Shown here piece by piece: positions 21,290 through 31,370 of a stretch of 64,000 nt of DNA. A model generated the notes under the pieces. The model made no database searches, was not told the DNA's origin, and saw only the letters and a list, made by a program, of their open reading frames with translations. The stretch spans positions 128,553-192,552 of the forward strand of contig CAVZDC010000012.1 in the NCBI GenBank assembly GCA_963773925.1. Reading direction: 5' to 3'. A program made the position numbers and the translations under genes. This stretch comes from Pirellulales bacterium. GTDB taxonomy: Bacteria > Planctomycetota > Planctomycetia > Pirellulales > JADZDJ01. The number at the start of each line of letters is the position of its first letter. The first letter of the stretch is position 1.

Positions 21290-23130
21290 ATGCAATATAA
21301 GTTCTTTGCCCGAGCTCGCCGTTTCGGCCGGCGCGCCATTGGCGTGCCAATCGGCGTTTACATTGCCGGCATTGCGGCCGCAGTGGCGCTGGCCATGTTG
21401 TTGGTGCTGTTGGCGCTGTTGGTCGAATTGCTGGCCACCCGCGGCGCGTTGGACAACCGTGCATGACCGACACCTGGCTTTCAACCGCCAGCCGCCATTG
21501 GAGCGCCTCGCACGGGGCAGAGACCACCGGCCACGGCCTGCTGGCTTATGTTTGGCGCCGCCATGGCGTTGTCGCTGATGGCCGCCGGAATGCTGTACTG
21601 GTTGGAATGGTCGGTGCAGAGCTCGGCGGTCCGGTTGGCCAGCGCGCTGCGAAAGCAAATCTACGTTCAGGCCCATCAACTGGGTGCGTGCGATTTGTTC
21701 GGGGGCCGCAAGATGACGTCGTCCAATCTGCTGCAGCAAAGCACCGACATCGTGCGCCGGGCCCAGGTGGCATGGTGGCGCGTGGTTCCACATGCCGCGG
21801 CGTTCGCCCTGTTGATGCTGGCACTGGCGGTTTCGATCGAGTTTCTGCCTGACGATGTCGACCATTCTGCTGGCGGGCATTGGGCTGGTGGATGGTGGTC
21901 GTGCTGCGCAAGCGCGCCCGCCGGCGCGGCACTGGCGGCCGATCGCGCGCAGCATTTCAACGAAATGTTGTTGGAACATCTGGCGTCAGAATCGATTGCT
22001 GGGCAATCTGACCAGCGAAGCGCGCATGCAGGCCCACTCGTTCGACGAGAACTTGCGGCACTTACGACGCGGCGCTGTTGGCGCGCGAAACGACCACCTC
22101 CGAGGTCGGCCCGCTGGTCACGCTGCTGCTGCTGATTGGGGCCTCGTTGGTTTTGCTGCTGGCCGGTTACAACGTGCTGCAAGAGCCGCCGCGGCTTTCG
22201 CTGGCCGACGTGGTGCTGCTGGTTTCCGCGCTGGGGGCGCTGGCCTATCCCTTGGTTCGTTGCGAACGGCTGTTGGCGCTGTTGCCTTCCGCCGACACCG
22301 CCGCCGAAGAAATTTTCGGCTACCTGGATCGCGAGCCGCTGGTCGGTCAGTTGCCGCAGGCCGTGCCGCTGGAGCGGCTGGTGCCACGAAGTGAAAATGG
22401 AAAACGTGAGCCTGCTGGACGGCTGGGGAAAGAAATTGTTGCAGGATGTTTCGTTGCACGCTTCCCGCCGGCAGTCAGACCGTGCTGTTTTCCTCCGACG
22501 AAGCGACACCGCTGGCGCTGGCCGGGCTATTGGCGCGGTTCTGCGATCCGGCGTCCGGCCGAATTCTGTTCGACGGACGGGAAATCAAAGCTGGCCACGC
22601 TCGATTCCGTGCGGCATCAGGTGGCGCTGATCCTGCCGGAAAATCTGCTGTTCAGCGGCACGCTCGCGGAAAATCTCGTGGGCGAAGACACGCACTTTTC
22701 GTTCGACGAACAAATCGAAGCGCTGAAATCGGTGCACGCTTACGATTTCATCCAGGCCCTGCCGGAAGGCTTGAAAACCATGATCGGTCCGCACGGGCTG
22801 ATGCTTTCCGCCGGGCAGGCGATCCGGCTGGGATTGGCGCGAGTGCTGTTGCGCAAGCCGTCGATCGTGGTGATCGAAGAGCCGCTGGAAGATCTCGATC
22901 AGGCGACGGCGGAAAAAGTCGGCGACGCGCTGGATCGTGCGGCGAAAGGCTGCACGCTGGTGTTTCTCGCCCGCCGGTTGGCGGCATTGCGTGCCGCGCC
23001 GCGAATTCTGGTGTTTCACGAAGGCCGACTGATCGCCGACGGCACGCACCCGGAGCTGTTGCAGCAAAACGATCTATACCGCCATTTGAACTACGTGCGG
23101 TTCAACGAATTCCGCGGCAAAGTGCGATAG
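21290..23130 (+). CDS. ABC exporter-like protein (TMD plus NBD) with fully degenerate nucleotide-binding motifs (at least 5 frame switches)
   Basis: TMD pieces in ORFs 21179.., 21548.., 21855.. and 22078... NBD: VKMENVSLLDGWGKKLLQDVSLHLPAGSQTVLFSSDEATPLALAGLLARFCDPASGRILFDGREI, LILPENLLFSGTLAENL, LSAGQAIRLGLARVLL, PSIVVIEEPLEDLD, TLVFLARRLAAL. Confidence 0.65.
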
Positions 23131-23131
23131 C

Positions 23132-23183
23132 GGTCAGCGATCGGTAGTCAGCACCCTGGCTCCTGACCCCTGACCTCTGATCA
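23132..23183. repeat. Inverted heptamer arrays: GGTCAGC GATCGGT AGTCAGC, spacer, CTGACCC CTGACCT CTGATCA
   Basis: Read directly. It occupies the gap between the convergent stops of the ABC-like gene (23130) and the Gfo/Idh/MocA gene (23184). Confidence 0.6.
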
Positions 23184-24311
23184 CTACCCCGCTTCGCGCC
23201 GCCACTGCGGCTGAGTGCTCGGCGAATGCGACCAGTGCGGCCCGCGCAATATCGGCGCGGCAGGCATGGCCAGCGGACCCACTCGCCCGCTGCTTTGGCC
23301 GTCCCAGCGGTGCTGAGCGATGACTGCAAGAATTTGCTCGGCCACAGCCAGCACGGCGCGGCCTTGCTGACCGGTGACTCGCGGCTCGCGATGTTCGCGG
23401 ATGGCGGCGACGAAATCGTGCTGCTCGTCCAATAGGGCATTCGATGCCGCCGCTTCAAATCGTTCCAGCGGCAAAAGATCTTCGAAGAGATGATCTTTCA
23501 GATGGGCCGCACTTCCGGCCCGGCGTCGTCCACGTCGAACTCGCGCTGCAATAGTTCGGTGACTGGCCGCACCACAGCGGCCGTGCGGGCGGCAAAATCC
23601 AACGTCACGCAACCCTGGTCGGACCACACCTGCATGCTCCGCGTCGGCTGATAGCTCACGCGCGCGGCGCTCAAGTTCGCCACGCAGCCATTGGCGAATT
23701 CCAGCCGCGCCTGAGCCACGTCTTCATTTTCGCCCATCACCGAAATGCCCAACGCCTGCACGTTGTTTACCGGCGAGTTGGCGAAGTGCAGCGCCAGATC
23801 GAGATCGTGAATCATCAAATCCAGCACCACGCCGATGTCGGTCGATCGGAAACGTGTAGCCGCTCGTGCGAGAGGCCTCGATGTACTTCGGCTCGCGCAC
23901 CATCGGCCATACGGCCGGTTGGTTCCAGGCCGGATTGAATCGCTCGATGTGCCCCACCTGCACGATCGCTCCGTGCTGCTGGGCGGCCGCTAAGATTTCG
24001 TCGGCTTCGGCCACGGTCGTCGCCAGCGGCTTCTCGACCAGCAGATGAATGCCGTGCTCCAACAGCGACAGGCTCACGGCGTGATGAAACCGGGTGGGCG
24101 TGGCCACCACGGCGGCATCGATGCGGCCGATCAACTCGTGATAGTCGGCCAGCACGGGGGCCTGGCATTCGGCTTGCGCCAGCCGGCGAGCTTCCGGCAG
24201 CGGATCGACCACGGCGACCAGCTCGACGCCTTCCACCTGCGAAGCCAGCCGCGCATGGATGCGGCCCAAATAGCCGGCGCCGATCACTGCCAAGCGGATG
24301 CGTTCGCCCAT
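23184..24311 (-). CDS. Gfo/Idh/MocA family NAD(P)-dependent oxidoreductase (two frameshifts)
   Basis: ORF 23724..24311 (MGERIRLAVIGAGYLGRIHA...HLLVEKPLA...VGHIERFNPAW), then ORFs 23498..23830 and 23184..23627. Confidence 0.75.
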
Positions 24312-24318
24312 GATGTGT

Positions 24319-25126
24319 TCACGCTGCGCGGCGCCGCTCCCGCGAGCGGCCGTGCTTGCCTTCCTGTTGCGTCTGAATGAAGTTCAGCAGCTCGTTCACC
24401 GCCGGCACCAGCTTGTCGTTGTTGCGCAAAATTTCGCGGGCATGATCCAGTCCGACCTTCGCTCGGTACAGTAAACGATGTGCTTCCGACAGGCAGTGAA
24501 TGGCCTCGGCGGAAAAACTATTGCGCTTCAGCGCCACCACGTTCACGCAGCGCGGGCGGGCCGGTTGACCCTCGGCCAACATGAATGGCGGCACATCGTG
24601 AATCACGCGGCTCAAACCGCCGACAAACGCATACCGGCCGATGGTGCTGAAATGATGCACGCCGATGCCGCCGCTGAGCGTGGCGTGATCGTAAATGTGC
24701 ACGTGCCCGCCCAGCAGCGTGGCGTTGGCGATGATGATGTGGTCGCCCAGCTTGCAATCGTGGGCCACGTGGCTGCAGGCCATCAGGAAGTTGTAGCTGC
24801 CGATCCGCGTAACGCCGTCCTCCTTTTCGGTGGCGCGGTTCATCGTCACGCTTTCGCGAAAGATGTTGTGATCGCCGATCACGACCCTGGTTTCACTGCC
24901 GCGGTAACTCACGTCCTGCGGCTCCGCCCCCACGACCACGCCGGGGAAAAGATGATTGTCTTCTCCCAGAGTGACCTGCCCCACCAGGGTCACACCATTC
25001 TCCAACTTCGTGCCATGCCCGATTTTCACGCCCGGTCCCAATCACGCAGAACGGCCCGATCTGCACGTCGTCGCCGATTTCGGCTCGCGCATCGACAACG
25101 GCGTGTGGGGAAATCTGCGTGGGCAT
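24319..25126 (-). CDS. lpxA: Acyl-ACP--UDP-N-acetylglucosamine O-acyltransferase (frameshift near 25040)
   Basis: ORF 24893..25126 (MPTQISPHAVVDARAEIGDDVQIGPFCVIG) joined to ORF 24319..25041. Hexapeptide repeats, then ...RIGSYNFLMACSHVAHDCKLGDH...GLSRVIHDVPPFMLAEG...NVVALKRNSF. Confidence 0.85.
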
Positions 25127-25159
25127 GTCAAATGACTATGGATGAATAGTGGCTTGTGA

Positions 25160-26150
25160 TCAGGCCGTTTTTCTTCGACCCACGATCTTCTCACCTTCCG
25201 TCATCAGCACGCGCACCATTTCGGCATTCAGCCGGTGGCCGCTGCGGTTGGCGACGAAGTGCCCAATGACGTCGCAACCGGCCAGTGCCAAATCGCCCAC
25301 CAGATCGAGCACTTTGTGCCGCGAGCATTCGTCTTGAAAACGCAGTTCGTTGCCGATCGGCCCGTCGGCGTCGAACACCAACAGATCGGAGGCCGTGGCC
25401 CGCTTGCCGATGCCTTGCGCCAACAGCCAATCGGCTTCTTCTTTCAGCATGAACGTGCGCGCCGGGGCCAGATCGCGGCGGAAGGTGGCCGGATTGATCG
25501 ACATTTGCACCGTCTGCCGGCCAATGCCCACGTTGGGGCCGTAGTCCAGGCGGAATCGCACCGTTAGTTCGCCCGTTTGACTGGGCCGGGCTTCGATCCA
25601 GCAATCGTCGTCGCCCAGGCGCGTGATCTCGCGCACGATCAGTTGCGTGCGCGGGGCGTTTTGCATCACCACGCCGGCAGATTCCAGCGCCTCGACGAAC
25701 TTCAGGCTCGATCCGTCCAGCCCGGGCATTTCGGCCTGGTTCACCCACACTTCGCAATTGTCGATTTGCAGGCCATACAGCGCGGCCAGCAGATGTTCCA
25801 CCATTTCCACACTGGCAGGGCCTTGCCGCAGCACCGTGCGGCGGGGCACCTCGACCCGCTGCGTCACTAGCGCCGCAATGCGCACCGGCAGGCGAAAGAT
25901 CAGAGCGCACGAACACGATGCCCGTGCCCGGCGGCGCAGGGCGAAATTCCACGCGCACGTCGCGACCCGACCAATAGCCGAAGCCTTCCACCGCGACCGT
26001 GCTGCCGATTGTGCGTTCGTTGCGTTGGGCGTAGCTCACGCGCGTCACTCGTCGAGAATCTTGCCAGGTGAAATTGGAAAAGCGGATCAGGAAATTGCGG
26101 TCGACGTGTCCGGATCGCTGGGCACTCAGTCGGTTCACGACCGGACACAT
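25160..26150 (-). CDS. lpxC: UDP-3-O-acyl-GlcNAc deacetylase (frameshift near 25890)
   Basis: Part of ORF 25191..26807 (RTIGSTVAVEGFGYWSGRDVRVEFRPAPPGTGIVFVRSDL) joined to ORF 25160..25885 (VEHLLAALYGLQIDN...FQDECSRHKVLDLVGDLAL...NRSGHRLN). Confidence 0.85.
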
Positions 26151-26185
26151 CGACCAACGCCAAGGTACGTTACGTTTGGTCGATG

Positions 26186-26879
26186 TTAGCGCTGCTGCGC
26201 GGCGCCCGGCGGCGGACGCACGCCCACCGGACCTGTGCCGACGGCGGAGCGATTCAAATCCTGCAAAATGTACGGCGTGATATCCATCCGCGGATCGTTG
26301 TACACGATCGCCTTGTTGATGCCGCGCAAAATTTCGTCGCGGTTGTTGCCGTCGATCGGGTCGCCGTTGAACCGCAACACCAGCACGATGCCGTTTTTGG
26401 TGGCCAATTGCTTCACCGCATCGTCGATTTCGCGCGACACGTTGAAGTACACGCGGCCTTCCTGTTCCATGAAGTCTTTCTTCTGCAACGAAACCTTCAG
26501 TTGCAGATCGCCCTGCATCTTGATCAGGTCGTTTTCGACTTGCTTGTAGTTCGGCGTGCCGGGATTGAAGGTTTTCAACTCCTCGGCTTTGTGCTTGATG
26601 GCTTCCTGATCTTTCTTGACGTCGGCTTCGGCGGCCTCGACGCGCTGCTTCATTTCTTCCATCTGCTGCTTGAAGCGCACGTGGTTCTTGAAGATGTAGG
26701 CCACGTCGACCACCGCGATGCCGTTTACGCCCAGGCGCGAACCGCCCGCCATGGGTTGGGCGCCGGCGCGGCCGGGACGCCATTCGGAACTCCCGGCGCC
26801 TGCGCAAGTGCGGGCACGGCGGACAAAATGGCCAGGGTCATACGGCCGCCAGCGCAGCCGATAAGAGCTTCGTATTCAC
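26186..26879 (-). CDS. skp: OmpH/Skp-like periplasmic chaperone (two frameshifts in the signal region)
   Basis: GTG 26879 with AAGGAG upstream. Signal-like VNTKLLSAALAAV / MTLAILSAVPALAQA, then ORF 26186..26752 (IAVVDVAYIFKNHVRFKQQMEEMKQRVEAAEADVKKDQEAIKHKAEELK). Confidence 0.7.
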
Positions 26880-27177
26880 GTTAGCACTCCTTGCTAATTT
26901 TGGGCGAGTCGTCCTTGACCAGCACCTTGCGCGATTCAACGGAACCAACGATTCCAGCCGACCGCATCCTGCCCAACTTGCGCAAGGCAGGCCAAAAGAG
27001 GGCGGTATTGTTGCGAGCGGCCGCATCTGCCGCAAGGTCAATCTGCTACGGCAAATGGCGGCCGAATTTACCTTTTTACAATTCGCACATTTGCCCTTTG
27101 AACCGCGGCGGGCCAGTGGCTATCTTCCCGCCCCCGAATGAACGACCTCGAAGTTCCAAGTCCACGCGTGCAGGGAG

Positions 27178-27575
27178 GTGCGCTGTTTGGCCAGCCAAAA
27201 ATGCGTTTTGATTGTCGATCGCTTCGCCGAATCGCGCGAAGTGCTGCGCACGGCGCTGGTGCACAACGGCGTGCGAGTTTTGGACACGGCCCGCGCCGAC
27301 TTCGGCCTGGCACTGGCGCGCTCCAACGGGGCCCGGACGGTGATCGTGCTGGATTTGGAAGTGGTCGATAATCCGGCCAAAGTGGTCGCCGACTTTGCGG
27401 CCGCCGCCAAGAGCACCGGCGGCAGGCTGATTCGTTTTGGGAAGTGCCCAACATCAGCCAGCATGCTGAATCCTGCGAGTTCTTCGCCAAACCCTACCAC
27501 TACCGGCCGCTAGTTCTTAGAATCGAAGAGTTGTTGCAGCCGAGCGCGGCCGCGCCGCGGCATAGTTTGTTTTGA
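27178..27575 (+). CDS. Single-domain response-regulator receiver protein (frameshift near 27450)
   Basis: ORF 27178..27513 (KCVLIVDRFAESREVLRTALVHNGVRVLDTA...TVIVLDLEV). The alternative frame gives the conserved tail EFFAKPYHYRPLVLRIEELL, with stop at 27573..27575. Confidence 0.55.
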
Positions 27576-27594
27576 AGCCGGCCAGGATTTCCGC

Positions 27595-29302
27595 GTGGCA
27601 TCGCTCTTCGTCATCCAGGGTCGTGATCAAGGCGTCCGCTTCGAATTGGACGCCGAGGAAAGCACTTTGCACTTGGGCCGCGACGCGGGAAATCCCATCC
27701 AATTGCACGATACGGAAATTTCCCGCCGCCATGCCGAAATCCGCCGCGCCGGCGACGCATTCCTGCTGGTTGATTTAGGCAGCTCCAACGGCACGTTTGT
27801 AAACAACGAGCGCATCGAGCAGAAAGAACTCGCCAGCGGCGATCAGGTGCAACTGGGCCGCACCGTGATGCTGTTCACCGGCTCCGGCGACAGCGGCCCG
27901 CAAAACATCGGCCAGCGCGTGCAAATCGTCAGCGCCGCGGCCACCGCCGGTTCGCGGATCGTGCAATCGGTGCCCCAGGAAGAAGGCAGCGCCATTTTTG
28001 CCCACGGCTCGGCCGAAAATCCCTGGCTCGCCCGGGCCCGCAGCAATTTGCAAATCATGTATCGCACGGCGCTGGCCGTCAGCCATACGCTGGATATCGA
28101 GCAACTGCTCTCGAGCATCATGCAGTTGATTTTCGAATGGGTCGAAGCCGACCGCGGCTGCATCATGCTCATCGATCCCGAATCGAAGCAACTGGTGCCC
28201 AAGGTGCGGCGCGACCGCGGCAAATCTACCGGCGACGATAAGCTGAACATCAGCCAAACGATTCTCGACTACGTGATGCAGCACAAGGAAGGCGTGCTCA
28301 CAAGCGACGCCCGCGAAGATCAGCGCTGGGACACCGCCGCCAGCATTTTGCAGCAAGGCGTGCGCGAGGCGATTTGCGTGCCGATGCAGGGCCGCTACGA
28401 CGTGGTGGGCGTGATTTATATCGACACGCTGACGCCGGCCCACCGGGCCATCGTCAACGCTCCCATCTCGATTCCGCGAAGAGCACCTGAAGCTGATGGT
28501 GGCCATCGCCCATCAGGCCGCATTGGCCGTGGAAGACACAATGTATTACTCCGCCATGGTGCAGGCCGAACGCCTGGCGGCCATTGGGCAAACCATCGCC
28601 ACGCTATCGCACCACATCAAAAACATCCTGCAAGGTATTCGCGGCGGCAGCTATCTGATCGAGATGGGCCTGAACGAACACGACGAGAACATGACCCGCA
28701 AGGGCTGGAACATCGTCGAGAAAAATCAGGGCAAGATCTCCACGCTGGTGATCGACATGCTCACGATCAGCAAGGAGCGCGAGCCCGATTTGGCCCCGGC
28801 CAATCTGAATCAAGTGGTGGAAGAAATTGCAGAGTTGATGCATGCCCGCGCGGGGGAATTAAGCGTGGCGCTGGAACTGCATCTCGATTCCGCCATGCCG
28901 ACCCTGCAGTTCGACAGTGAAGGCATCCACCGTGCCGTGCTGAACGTGGTGACCAACGCCCTGGACGCCTGCGAAGGGCGCTCGGAGGCGCGGGTGAATG
29001 TGTCCACTGCATTTCTGCCGGATCAAAAACTGGCGCAAGTCATCGTGGCCGACAACGGCCCCGGCATCCCGCCCGAGCAGTTGCCGAAAATCTTCCAACT
29101 GTTCGTCTCCGGCAAAGGCGCGCGCGGCACCGGCCTGGGGCTGCCGGTCAGCGAAAAGATTTTGAAAGAACACGGCGGCCGCATCCTGGTGGAAACCGAA
29201 ATGGAGCAGGGCACCCGCTTCATCCTCGAATTCCCCGCGGTCACCGAACCTGTGACGACCGGCGCCGTCGGCGAAACCAACGTCACCGGCGCCGCGGAAT
29301 GA
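27595..29302 (+). CDS. FHA-GAF-HisKA-HATPase_c sensor histidine kinase (frameshift near 28470)
   Basis: ORF 27595..28920: FHA (LGRDAGNPIQLHDTEISRRHAEI...LVDLGSSNGTFVN) and GAF (ADRGCIMLIDPESKQLV...). ORF 28496..29302: H-box TLSHHIKNIL, N-box VLNVVTNALDA, G-boxes DNGPGIP and GTGLGLPV. Confidence 0.8.
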
Positions 29303-29319
29303 ATTCTCCGTTGCGCATA

Positions 29320-29979
29320 TCAGCCTTCCCCCACGAACGGATTCGTCTGCTTCTCCTGACCCACGGTGGTCGCCGGGCCGTGGCCGGAGAGCACGATCGT
29401 TTCATCGGGCAGCGTAAACAAATGCTCGCGGATGCCGGCGGCTAGCTGATCGAAGCTGCCGTCGGGGAAATCGGTGCGGCCGATGCTGCCGGCAAATAGC
29501 ACGTCGCCGCCAAACACGACCGGCGGATTGTTCTCGCGCCAGATGAAAACCACGTGCCCAGAGGAATGCCCGGGAATCTCGCGCACTTCCAGCTTGAAGC
29601 CGGCGTACTCGATCGTCTCGCCGTCTTTCACAAGTCGATCGGCCGGCGGGCTGGTGAGCGGAATGCCGAATTTAGCCGAAAGATTCCGCGCCGGGTTGAT
29701 CAGCTTATCCGCCTCGTTCACGCCGATCACAATCGGGCACTCCGGCCAGCGCTCTTTAAGTGCCGCATTGCCAGCGATGTGGTCGCTGTGGCCATGGGTC
29801 AGCAGCAACACCGCTGGCGTGAGGCCGTGCTTTTCGACCGTGGAAACGATTTTGCCCGGCTCAAACCCTGGGTCGATTACCAGGCAATCGCCGCGGCCTT
29901 GGAGCCAGGCCACGTAGCTATTCTGATCGAACGGCCGCGAAACGATTGTGAGAATTTGCGGTTTCGGCGTACTGTTCAT
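29320..29979 (-). CDS. MBL-fold hydrolase (glyoxalase II-like)
   Basis: Intact ORF; LLLTHGHSDHIAGN and GHSSGHVVF motifs. Confidence 0.8.
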   Translation of the reverse strand: MNSTPKPQILTIVSRPFDQNSYVAWLQGRGDCLVIDPGFEPGKIVSTVEKHGLTPAVLLLTHGHSDHIAGNAALKERWPECPIVIGVNEADKLINPARNLSAKFGIPLTSPPADRLVKDGETIEYAGFKLEVREIPGHSSGHVVFIWRENNPPVVFGGDVLFAGSIGRTDFPDGSFDQLAAGIREHLFTLPDETIVLSGHGPATTVGQEKQTNPFVGEG

Positions 29980-30404
29980 GCCACGAGTTTAGCGGTGATG
30001 CGGGCAATGGCGACAGTGGGCTGCAGCTGCCATTCGCGTCGAAAGGATTGTGCCGTCTGGTGCCGCCCAGGACGGTTCGAACGGTGTGGGCAAGCGAAAA
30101 CACTACCATCGTTGCATGTAATTCTTGCTAGCTGGCATGGGCGATAAGACAACGGATGCCGAGATTGCACGGTCTGATGAAGTTTCGCTAAATGGCCGAA
30201 TTTGCAATTCGAATAAAGCGTTTAGCGGCAAATCCGACTTGCTGGCAATTCGGCTCGACTTAGACTGACTGTCGGTATAAAACTTGCATTCCCCGCCATA
30301 ATGCGGCAACTGGTCGTTCTTGCCAACGACCCCAGGATGGGAAGCCGCGAGGGCCGGTAAGCGTTATTGCACCAGCCGGTTCTGATCAACGTACAAGTAA
30401 CGGA

Positions 30405-31256
30405 GTGGATTCCATGTTTGGCATGCACCGGAGACGAATTGTGATTCGATCAATCGCGTTATCGGCGGCTGTCGTATGTACGGCGGCGCTGGCAATCGCC
30501 CAAACGCCGGAGGCCACTTACTCCGCGGCCGTGGTGCCGCAGCCGCAACAGCATCCATTGGCGCCGGCGATACAACTGGCCACCCAAGTGCAGCAGAACA
30601 TCGATTCCAACGTCCGCGATTATTCCGCTACCATCGAAAAACGCGAGCAGATCGACGGCAAATTGGGCGATCCGGAATACGCCATCATCAAAGTTCGCCA
30701 GCATCCGTTCAGCGTTTACATGTCGTTCCTCGCGCCTGAAAGGCTCAAGGGGCAGGAGTGCATGTACATCGAGGGGCAGAACGACGACAAGATGTTTGCC
30801 CATGCTCCGCCGGGCACGCTGCGCGGCAAATTCGGCACCGTGAAAATCTCGCCCACCAGCGCGCCGGCCATGCAGGGCCAGCGCTATCCGATCACCGAGC
30901 TTGGCATTTCCAACCTGACGCGCAAGCTGATCGAAGTGGGCCAGCACGACATGCAATACGGCGAATGCGAGGTGAAGTTCTTCCAGAAGGCCAAAGTGAA
31001 CGGCCGCGAATGCACGGTCATTCAAGTCGTGCATCCCACGCCGCGGCGCAACTTCATCTTCCACATGGCGCGCATCTACCTCGACGATCAGTTGCAAGTG
31101 CCCATCCGCTACGAGGCCTACGATTGGCCGACGGAGCCGGGCGGCAAGCCAGTGCTGCTGGAAGAGTACACTTACATGAACTTGAAGTTGAACCCGGGCC
31201 TGACCGACGCCGATTTCGACGTCCGCAACCCGGCGTACGGCTTCAACGTGAAGTAA
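30405..31256 (+). CDS. Secreted DUF1571-like protein, paralog 1
   Basis: Intact ORF with signal peptide (RSIALSAAVVCTAALAIAQ). Family assignment is from memory of DUF1571 proteins and needs an HMM check. Confidence 0.5.
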   Translation: MDSMFGMHRRRIVIRSIALSAAVVCTAALAIAQTPEATYSAAVVPQPQQHPLAPAIQLATQVQQNIDSNVRDYSATIEKREQIDGKLGDPEYAIIKVRQHPFSVYMSFLAPERLKGQECMYIEGQNDDKMFAHAPPGTLRGKFGTVKISPTSAPAMQGQRYPITELGISNLTRKLIEVGQHDMQYGECEVKFFQKAKVNGRECTVIQVVHPTPRRNFIFHMARIYLDDQLQVPIRYEAYDWPTEPGGKPVLLEEYTYMNLKLNPGLTDADFDVRNPAYGFNVK

Positions 31257-31288
31257 GCGCGGTATCGCGGCAGTTGGGTGCTGAATTT

Positions 31289-31307
31289 GGCTAATCGCCG
31301 ATTAGCC
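31289..31307. other. Near-perfect 19-bp palindrome GGCTAATCG-C-CGATTAGCC between the two paralogs
   Basis: Read directly, 33 nt after the paralog-1 stop. Confidence 0.5.
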
Positions 31308-31370
31308 CTCTTGCGAAACGGTGCTCGGCGACAAACAATCGAGGCATCCTGCCTTTAACGCGGATGCTCG

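Noticed and set aside
30060-30090. tRNA-like GGTTCGAA T-loop motifs (also at about 59765..59785)
   Set aside because: The flanking bases do not form a T-stem, and no acceptor or anticodon arms can be drawn. No tRNA is called anywhere in the window.
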